Assembly: GCA_051269935.1 (NCBI GenBank)
Contig: JBNMFJ010000003.1
Span: 1 to 32,122 of the forward strand
Direction: 5' to 3'
Source: Patescibacteria group bacterium
Lineage (GTDB): Archaea > Nanobdellota > Nanobdellia > Pacearchaeales > GW2011-AR1
Length of the DNA stretch: 32,122 nt
Of this stretch, positions 26,200 through 32,122 are shown in pieces. Position numbers and translations under genes: made by a program. The stretch's first letter is position 1. Each line of letters starts with the position of its first letter. The notes beneath the pieces are model-generated. The model was not told the origin of the DNA. It worked only from the letters and a program-made list of their open reading frames with translations, and searched no databases.

Positions 26200-27870
26200 C
26201 TACATTTCTTCTAACACTTCAATACCCAACAAGTCCAAAGATTTCTCTAAAGTAATCCTAAACGCATCAACCAAGGCAAGCCTAAACCCTTCGGGTGTCC
26301 CACCTAAAACCGGACAAGAATGATAAAACTCATTAAACAGTTTCGCAAGATTATACGAATAACTAGCAATCACTGAAGGAGTCAAAGTAGAGTATGCCTG
26401 AGAGATAACTTCAGGATATGAATCAATCGCCTTTAATAATAAAATCTCAACATCCTTCAAATCAATAATTTCTATCTTCGCCTTACTTCTCGACTTATTC
26501 AAGATAGAAGAAGCCCGAGCAAAGCTATACAATAAATACGGGCCAGTATCACCCTCAAAAGCCAAGAACCGATCTAAATCAAATACCATATTATGATCCC
26601 GATAATGTTTCAAGTCTCCATACTTAATAGCCGCCAACGCAATCACACGACTCCTATGGTCTAACTCTTTCTTACTCAAACCTAAGGTCTTCTCTTCCAA
26701 ATTCTTATAAGCAGAAGATATAGTCTCATCCACAACATCCTGCATATATACAGTCTTACCCCGCCTAGTCGAAAACTTTTTCCCATCTTTATCTAAATAC
26801 AATCCATGACCAACGTGAACACAATTATCAGCCCAAGAATTTCCCATCTTTTTCAAAATGGTAAACAACTGCTTAAAATGCAAAGACTGCTCAGTACCAA
26901 CTTCATAGATTGCTTGGTCAAAAGAATACCGATCATACCGATCAAGAGCCGCAGCAATATCACGTGTAATATATGTAGAAGTCCCATTCGACTTCTCAAT
27001 TAATACAACACCCAATCCTTCTTCCTTCAAATCAACAACCAAAGCACCATCATCCAAAATAAGAAGTCCCTTCTCTTTCAATAGAGCGACAACAGAAGCC
27101 ATACTCTTATTATACAAACTCTCACCACCAATCTCAGTAAAACTCACATCCAATAAATCATAAATCTTATCAAATTCAATAATAGACAACTCTCTAAACT
27201 TTTCCCATAAAGTAACACTGTCAATATCACCCTGTTCCAAACGAGCAAAAGCTTCACGAGATTCATCAACCAAAGATTTATCCGCACTAACCCTTACATA
27301 TAATTCCTGCAAATGACCAATTGGATCTTTAGCCAATTTATCAGCATCTCCCCATTTCAAATACGCCAAATTCAATTTCCCATATTGTCCACCCCAATCA
27401 CCCAAATGATTAATCGTTGAAACAGTAGCACCATTCGCCATAGAAATACGATTCAAAGCCTCACCAATAATAGTTGAACGTAAATGTCCAATCCCAAAAG
27501 GCTTACCAATATTCGGAGAGCTCATATCAATAATAATTTTTGTACCTTTCAAACTATCCAGTTGCCCCCAATTCTCCCTCTTTACTTCAGCCAAAACTCG
27601 CTGCGCCAACCAAGCCTTATTCATAAAAAAATTAACATACGGACCCGTTGAATCAACACCCGAAACCTCTTTACCCAAATCCTTTCGTAACTTCTCACAT
27701 AAATCAACGGCAATCTCACTAGGCGACTTCTTAAATTCCTTCGCCAAGCTAAAACAAGGAAACGCAAAATCCCCCATCTCCAATTTCGGAGGAACCTCTA
27801 CCATATTCATAAGAGTAGCCTCGTCCAAGGAAACTTCCTGCTTAAGCAAATCAATAACAAATTCTTTCAT
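26200..27870 (-). CDS. argS: Arginine--tRNA ligase
   Basis: GPYVNF, SSPNIGKPFGIGHLRSTIIG, NHLGDWG, KFSTRRG, FEGDTGPYLLY, C-terminal EEM. Confidence 0.97.
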   Translation of the reverse strand: MKEFVIDLLKQEVSLDEATLMNMVEVPPKLEMGDFAFPCFSLAKEFKKSPSEIAVDLCEKLRKDLGKEVSGVDSTGPYVNFFMNKAWLAQRVLAEVKRENWGQLDSLKGTKIIIDMSSPNIGKPFGIGHLRSTIIGEALNRISMANGATVSTINHLGDWGGQYGKLNLAYLKWGDADKLAKDPIGHLQELYVRVSADKSLVDESREAFARLEQGDIDSVTLWEKFRELSIIEFDKIYDLLDVSFTEIGGESLYNKSMASVVALLKEKGLLILDDGALVVDLKEEGLGVVLIEKSNGTSTYITRDIAAALDRYDRYSFDQAIYEVGTEQSLHFKQLFTILKKMGNSWADNCVHVGHGLYLDKDGKKFSTRRGKTVYMQDVVDETISSAYKNLEEKTLGLSKKELDHRSRVIALAAIKYGDLKHYRDHNMVFDLDRFLAFEGDTGPYLLYSFARASSILNKSRSKAKIEIIDLKDVEILLLKAIDSYPEVISQAYSTLTPSVIASYSYNLAKLFNEFYHSCPVLGGTPEGFRLALVDAFRITLEKSLDLLGIEVLEEM

Positions 27871-27933
27871 AATACCCTATTCAAAATCAGATTTATTAGG
27901 CTTTCGGTGGACATTCAGAATACACAAAACCAA

Positions 27934-28034
27934 TTTTGCATTTTAGTGAAACAAAGACAAGGCTTGAGGTTACGTGGCGTAGTAGTTTACGCGAGTGTTC
28001 TCATAACGAAGTATCTGTTCAATAAAATGCAAAA
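27934..28034 (-). ncRNA. ~100-nt rod-like hairpin between rli and argS (candidate structured RNA or MITE)
   Basis: Perfect 12-bp terminal IR TTTTGCATTTTA/TAAAATGCAAAA enclosing nested stems, including GCGTA/TACGC. Confidence 0.4.
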
Positions 28035-28038
28035 GAAC

Positions 28039-29781
28039 CTAGAATGCGACCCATTCCTTGCTAGCCTTCTGCTCACGATCCAAAACGGAGCCCTTCTTAT
28101 TAATACGAGGACGACCAGATTCTTTTTCCTTCCTCAAAGTAACATCCAAACTAGACAACAATTCACTAATCCCGCCAGCAAAATCTTTAATCCCATGAGC
28201 ACGACCAATCACTCCACTCTCACCAGTAAAATTAATAACACTATCCGCCAAATAAGAAACCAACAATAAATCATGATCAATAACAAACGCCGTCTTTTCT
28301 CTCTCAACCATAACTTCCTTAATAGTTTTAGCAACACTAATTCTTTCTTCAACATCCAAATACGCAGACGGCTCATCAATCAAATAAATATCAGCATCCT
28401 TCGCCAAACATCTCGCAATAGATAAACGCTGCAATTCACCACCAGATAATTCTTTAATTTTCTTAGTTTGAATTATCCCCAATTTAAACTTCGAGAAGAG
28501 TCGTTTATTAATTTTCTCAGTAAATACAATATCTCGAACAACAGTCTCATCATCACTATACAAATGCTGATCCTTATACGAAATTTCAAGATCCAAATCT
28601 AGCTTCACAGGAATCCCATTTCCATCCTTCAGAATAACCTTCTCCTTACCAGCCAAACATTTAACAAATGTACTTTTCCCAGTACCATTTTTACCAAGTA
28701 TACCAACAACATTATTCTCATATATATCCCCAGTCTCAACTTCCATTGAAAAAGACTCACCATATTTCAAACTAAACGCCGGCCAAGAAGAAATCTTATT
28801 ACCAGAAAATTGTTGATTCTTAGTGAAATTAAAAACAATCTCCTTATCACGAATCCTTACATTCTCCTCCCTCAAAAATCCAGACAAATATGAATTAACC
28901 CCATTCTTCGAGGCACGAATCTGAGACACAATTCCAAAGCTTCCCTGGTTACCATAAAAAATATGCAAGTCATCAGTCAAATAATCTAACAAAAGCAAAT
29001 CATGCTCAACAACAATAACCATCTTCCCAATACTAATCTTCTTAATATAATCACTCACCCGGAGTCTCTCCGCAATATCCAAATAGGCCAAAGGTTCATC
29101 AAAGAAATACACATCCGCTTCCTTAATCGTAGAAGCCAAAATAGCAACCTTCTGCAACTCACCACCAGATAACTTATTCAACTTATTATCTAACAAATGC
29201 CCGACCCGCAATTCCTCTGCAAGCTCTTTAATCCTAGCCTCATCCCCTCGTTGCAACAACAAATCAATAACAGGTAAATCAATAGAAAGTAAAGATAGAT
29301 TTTGAGGCTTATAAGAAACAACCTTCCCAGTCAAAGCCTGTAAATACGTCAATAATTCAGTCCCTTGGAAAAACTGCTTAATATCATCTTCAGTCGCATC
29401 CTTCCCCAAATTAATAGTCTCCTGGCCCGCCAACAGCTTAACCGCAGTAGTCTTACCAATACCATTACGCCCCAACAAACCTAAAATTCGACCTGGCTTA
29501 GGAATCGGTAAACCATACAAAGCAAAACTATTAACACCATACCGATGAACTAAATCATCAGGATTCACTCCTGGCAAATTCACAATATCAATAGCACCAA
29601 AAGGACAACGACGCTCACAGATCTTACACCCAATACAAGTCTCTTCGTTAATAACTGCCTTCTCGCCAATAACAATACAAGTATCCGCTTCCTTTTTCTC
29701 AACAGGACAATACTTCTTACATTCAAAACCACACAAAGTAGGTTTACATTTATCCTTATTAATAACAGCTATACGAGTCAT
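28039..29781 (-). CDS. rli: ABCE1/RLI ribosome-recycling ATPase
   Basis: N-terminal 2x[4Fe-4S] Cys motif and two ABC domains (GRNGIGKTT, GKNGTGKST, LSGGELQ twice). Confidence 0.96.
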   Translation of the reverse strand: MTRIAVINKDKCKPTLCGFECKKYCPVEKKEADTCIVIGEKAVINEETCIGCKICERRCPFGAIDIVNLPGVNPDDLVHRYGVNSFALYGLPIPKPGRILGLLGRNGIGKTTAVKLLAGQETINLGKDATEDDIKQFFQGTELLTYLQALTGKVVSYKPQNLSLLSIDLPVIDLLLQRGDEARIKELAEELRVGHLLDNKLNKLSGGELQKVAILASTIKEADVYFFDEPLAYLDIAERLRVSDYIKKISIGKMVIVVEHDLLLLDYLTDDLHIFYGNQGSFGIVSQIRASKNGVNSYLSGFLREENVRIRDKEIVFNFTKNQQFSGNKISSWPAFSLKYGESFSMEVETGDIYENNVVGILGKNGTGKSTFVKCLAGKEKVILKDGNGIPVKLDLDLEISYKDQHLYSDDETVVRDIVFTEKINKRLFSKFKLGIIQTKKIKELSGGELQRLSIARCLAKDADIYLIDEPSAYLDVEERISVAKTIKEVMVEREKTAFVIDHDLLLVSYLADSVINFTGESGVIGRAHGIKDFAGGISELLSSLDVTLRKEKESGRPRINKKGSVLDREQKASKEWVAF

Positions 29782-29857
29782 GTTTTGAAAAATAGAAATA
29801 TAGTTTTAAAGGTTGTGATAAGAATAAATCAAGACAATGATATAAATAAAGTAAAAC

Positions 29858-30073
29858 TTATTCAGAAGATTGATTCTTATGCCCACACTCCGGACAAAAC
29901 TTTTCTCCACCCTCTAAAGACCAATTACATTCAGCACACCTTAAAACATCTTTTCTCTCTTCGACAATAGCTTCATAGCCCTCACGACCAGATAACACCT
30001 TCCCCATAATCGATCGTATCTTATCCTGTTCCTCACCAGCTTCTTGAAATTTTCGTAAATCTATTCCATCCAT
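29858..30073 (-). CDS. Small zinc-ribbon protein
   Basis: C-terminal CAEC-x10-CPECG. Confidence 0.8.
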   Translation of the reverse strand: MDGIDLRKFQEAGEEQDKIRSIMGKVLSGREGYEAIVEERKDVLRCAECNWSLEGGEKFCPECGHKNQSSE

Positions 30074-30074
30074 A

Positions 30075-30281
30075 TTATGACTTCCTCTTTAAGACTTTAT
30101 AATCTTTTTCAAACTGTTTTTGTCTAACAAAAGTAACAACACCCTGAACCATCAAACCACATCCAGTCAAAAACCAGAACCAATCAGAATCAATTTCACG
30201 AAAACCAAGTAATTTAATAAGTGATCCAACAATCATTAACACACCTAACAACAATACCGGGAAATATGATACGTAATTCAT
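30075..30281 (-). CDS. Small 2-TM membrane protein
   Basis: Two hydrophobic helices and a basic tail; abuts the zinc-ribbon gene. Confidence 0.7.
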   Translation of the reverse strand: MNYVSYFPVLLLGVLMIVGSLIKLLGFREIDSDWFWFLTGCGLMVQGVVTFVRQKQFEKDYKVLKRKS

Positions 30282-30332
30282 ACTAATTCAACAGCAATAG
30301 ATTTTATAAATCTTATTCTATTTAATACATCA

Positions 30333-30500
30333 ATGGCAAAAACTAATTGTGACCTATGTAAGAATCCAATCCAATACGGATTAATGAATAAGATATTAGG
30401 AACAACCATAACAATCAAAAGAGAAGAGAAAAAAGAGAAAAAAATAGTCTGCCAAGATTGCCAAAAAGAACACAACAGCACAATAAAAGACCAATTCTAA
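30333..30500 (+). CDS. Small 55-aa CxxC...CxxC zinc-finger protein (below the ORF-track cutoff)
   Basis: MAKTNCDLCKNPIQYGLMNKILGTTITIKREEKKEKKIVCQDCQKEHNSTIKDQF*; TTTATAAA at 30303. Confidence 0.8.
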   Translation: MAKTNCDLCKNPIQYGLMNKILGTTITIKREEKKEKKIVCQDCQKEHNSTIKDQF

Positions 30501-30569
30501 AAATTAGTCCAAAATATTCAAACCCTATCTAAACCTTTATAAGTTGTTTTTATTTGAATTGTTTATTAT

Positions 30570-30652
30570 GAGGGAATGCCGGAGCGGCCAAACGGGCTGG
30601 ACTTAAGATCCAGTAGCTTATGCTTACGGGGGTTCGAATCCTCCTTCCCTCA
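30570..30652 (+). tRNA. tRNA-Leu(TAA)
   Basis: GAGGGAA/TTCCCTC acceptor, CTGGA-CTTAAGA-TCCAG, long variable arm, GTTCGAATC, discriminator A. Confidence 0.95.
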
Positions 30653-30676
30653 TATAATATTATCTTTAGATAATAT

Positions 30677-30802
30677 CTATTCTGAAAGAATGATTCTAAG
30701 TCACGAAGATTATTCCAAGTCACTTGACTCACTGGGGTCGAGCAATTTGCTCTCTTTCATGCGAAGCATATCCAAAGAGTGTGAATTGTGAGACAGAATC
30801 CT
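30677..30802 (+). other. tRNA-associated structured element, copy B
   Basis: Homologous to 11894-12011; preceded by palindrome 30657-76 and ending in GAATCCT, which matches the tRNA-Leu T arm. Confidence 0.65.
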
Positions 30803-30834
30803 ACTGACAGTTTAAATCAGAATCAAAACAATAT

Positions 30835-30857
30835 AATAGCGGGAAGTAGACTTGAAC
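30835..30857 (-). repeat. att-like copy of the tRNA-iMet 3' end
   Basis: AATAGCGGGAAGTAGACTTGAAC, 22/23 identical to 31595-31617. Confidence 0.9.
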
Positions 30858-30915
30858 ACGGGAGAAAAACAATGGTCGAAAAAGTATTAAAAGGTATAAC
30901 TTCCAATTAAGTGAT

Positions 30916-31515
30916 ATGAAAGGGAAGCAACATTTATTAATAGGATTTATTATAGTTCTAATTGTCTTGTTCGGGACAATATTTTTTAGTATAAGCAACG
31001 ATAATATAAATTTAGCTTCTCAGTCCTCAGAATTTTTTCTAGTAGTCATCTTTTGCATATTCCTATTTCTTATCGGTTCAATCCTTCCTGATTCTGACAG
31101 CAACGATAAAGGCTCTTTTATTTATGTTCTCGTTCCTATTGCATTAAAGAACTCTAAAAAAAATAAGCTAAAAAAGGATAATGATTACGAAGACTTGGGA
31201 AATATAATTTTTATGATCTTTGGAGTTATTGCATATCCCATCGGATGGATAACTAATCAACTTGAAAAAGTCATAATGAAATATACTAAAAGAAAAAGGG
31301 GGCATAGACAATCGCTTCATACTATCTCTGGAATTTTAACAGTTTCTATTTTTTGGGGAATTATATTTTATTTCATATATTATTCTATTTCCGATTCTTT
31401 CAACATCCTGAATATGCTATTATTTATTTTAACCTTGTTCATTGCTCAATTTTTACATTTATTAGAAGATTTAAGCAAAGATTGGAAAATAGAATGGAAA
31501 GGAAAAGATATGTAA
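30916..31515 (+). CDS. YdjM-like membrane-bound metal-dependent hydrolase
   Basis: N-terminal H, GSILPDSD, GHRQSLHT and LHLLED motifs with TM helices. Confidence 0.8.
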   Translation: MKGKQHLLIGFIIVLIVLFGTIFFSISNDNINLASQSSEFFLVVIFCIFLFLIGSILPDSDSNDKGSFIYVLVPIALKNSKKNKLKKDNDYEDLGNIIFMIFGVIAYPIGWITNQLEKVIMKYTKRKRGHRQSLHTISGILTVSIFWGIIFYFIYYSISDSFNILNMLLFILTLFIAQFLHLLEDLSKDWKIEWKGKDM

Positions 31516-31562
31516 TAAACCTAAATACATCAGGTCAATAAACCAATAATAATTACGAGCTA

Positions 31563-31617
31563 ATTTGAACTTGTTCAAATCTACTTCTAGACAAAATAGC
31601 GGGAAGTAGATTTGAAC
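31563..31617. repeat. Inverted repeats in the tRNA-iMet trailer
   Basis: GTTCAAATCTACTTC 31573-87 is the exact reverse complement of 31603-17; ATTTGAAC-TT-GTTCAAAT palindrome at 31563-80. Confidence 0.9.
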
Positions 31618-31671
31618 TACTGACCTCGAGGTTATGGGCCTCGCGAGCTGACCTGACTGCTCCATCCCGCT
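31597..31671 (-). tRNA. Initiator tRNA-Met(CAT)
   Basis: AGCGGGA/TCCCGCT with A1-U72, CGAGG-CCCATAA-CCTCG, AGTAG-TTCAAAT-CTACT. Confidence 0.93.
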
Positions 31672-31766
31672 ATTGAGATATAATAACCTGCGAAAATACA
31701 TTTTTAAGCATTCCTATTCAAAATTTCATTATATATTCTTATAAACTCAAAGCCACATCTATAGAT

Positions 31767-32122
31767 ATGAAAAAAATCGGAATAGACGACGCAGGGCGAG
31801 GACCAGTAATAGGCCCAATGGTACTAGCTGGAGTAATGGTAGAAGAAGAAGAAGAAGCCGATCTAAAACTTATGGGAGCAAAAGACTCAAAGCTCCTAAC
31901 TCCAAAAAGGAGAAGACTCTTGGCACTACAATTCAAGGAAAAATACGCTTACGAAGCCCAAGTAGTAGAACCAAAAGAAATCGATGATTTCCCAAACCTT
32001 AACGACCTCGAAGCAATCAAATGTGCAATCATAATAAATACCTTTATCAAAGACCTAGACGAAACAGTAAAAGTAGTAGTAGACTGCCCAAGCGTAAACA
32101 CAAAAGCATGGGGAGAAACCCT
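31767..32122 (+). CDS. rnhB: Ribonuclease HII (truncated by window end)
   Basis: MKKIGIDDAGRGPVIGPMVLAGV...KDSKLLTPKRR...NLNDLE...VVVDCPS. Confidence 0.93.
   Translation, partial: MKKIGIDDAGRGPVIGPMVLAGVMVEEEEEADLKLMGAKDSKLLTPKRRRLLALQFKEKYAYEAQVVEPKEIDDFPNLNDLEAIKCAIIINTFIKDLDETVKVVVDCPSVNTKAWGET

Larger units (their letters stand above)
30835..31617. mobile_element. Single-gene island in tRNA-iMet (760-bp repeat spacing)
   Basis: Flanked by a duplicated tRNA T-arm/acceptor end; no integrase inside. Confidence 0.65.

Noticed and set aside
27934-28034. SECIS or H/ACA guide RNA
   Set aside because: No in-frame UGA in neighbouring genes, no convincing GAA/A core with G-C pairs, and no K-turn or ACA tail
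251-31936. Many 60-170 aa ORFs overlapping larger genes or tRNAs (e.g. 815-1090, 2675-3133, 6728-7252, 18998-19432, 27907-28269, 30550-30791, 31471-31701)
   Set aside because: Antisense or alternate-frame shadows of well-supported genes, with no motifs; expected from the strong A/C versus G/T strand bias
1-32122. Provirus, IS element, intein or rRNA
   Set aside because: No capsid, terminase, transposase, intein-splicing or rRNA signatures were recognised

Overview
AT-rich archaeal chromosome segment, most likely DPANN (Pacearchaeota/Woesearchaeota-like). The evidence is ABCE1/RLI, a TrmB regulator, Mre11-Rad50, archaeal-type ProRS/IleRS, CCA-less tRNAs, an A1-U72 initiator tRNA, and TATA boxes about 29 nt upstream of many start codons. 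Housekeeping genes (proS, ileS, argS, rli, rnhB, mre11/rad50, tRNA-Arg/Leu/iMet) are mixed with bacterial-type genes. These include mnmA, DedA, RhuM, a Chlamydia-type class Ic ribonucleotide reductase preceded by tandem NrdR boxes, and a YqhH-like SNF2 ATPase plus a YqhG-like Cys-rich partner. The SNF2 gene and its partner are separated by three genes, one encoding a topoisomerase IB-like enzyme with an integrase-type HxxR motif. The main unexplained structure is non-coding. Three small segments with no integrase gene are bounded by duplicated 3' ends of mnmA, tRNA-Arg and tRNA-iMet. A homologous ~110-125 nt structured element follows two different tRNAs. Anti-T-arm sequences occur in tRNA trailers, and there are two further structured intergenic RNA candidates. 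All family assignments are by eye from motifs; no searches were run.
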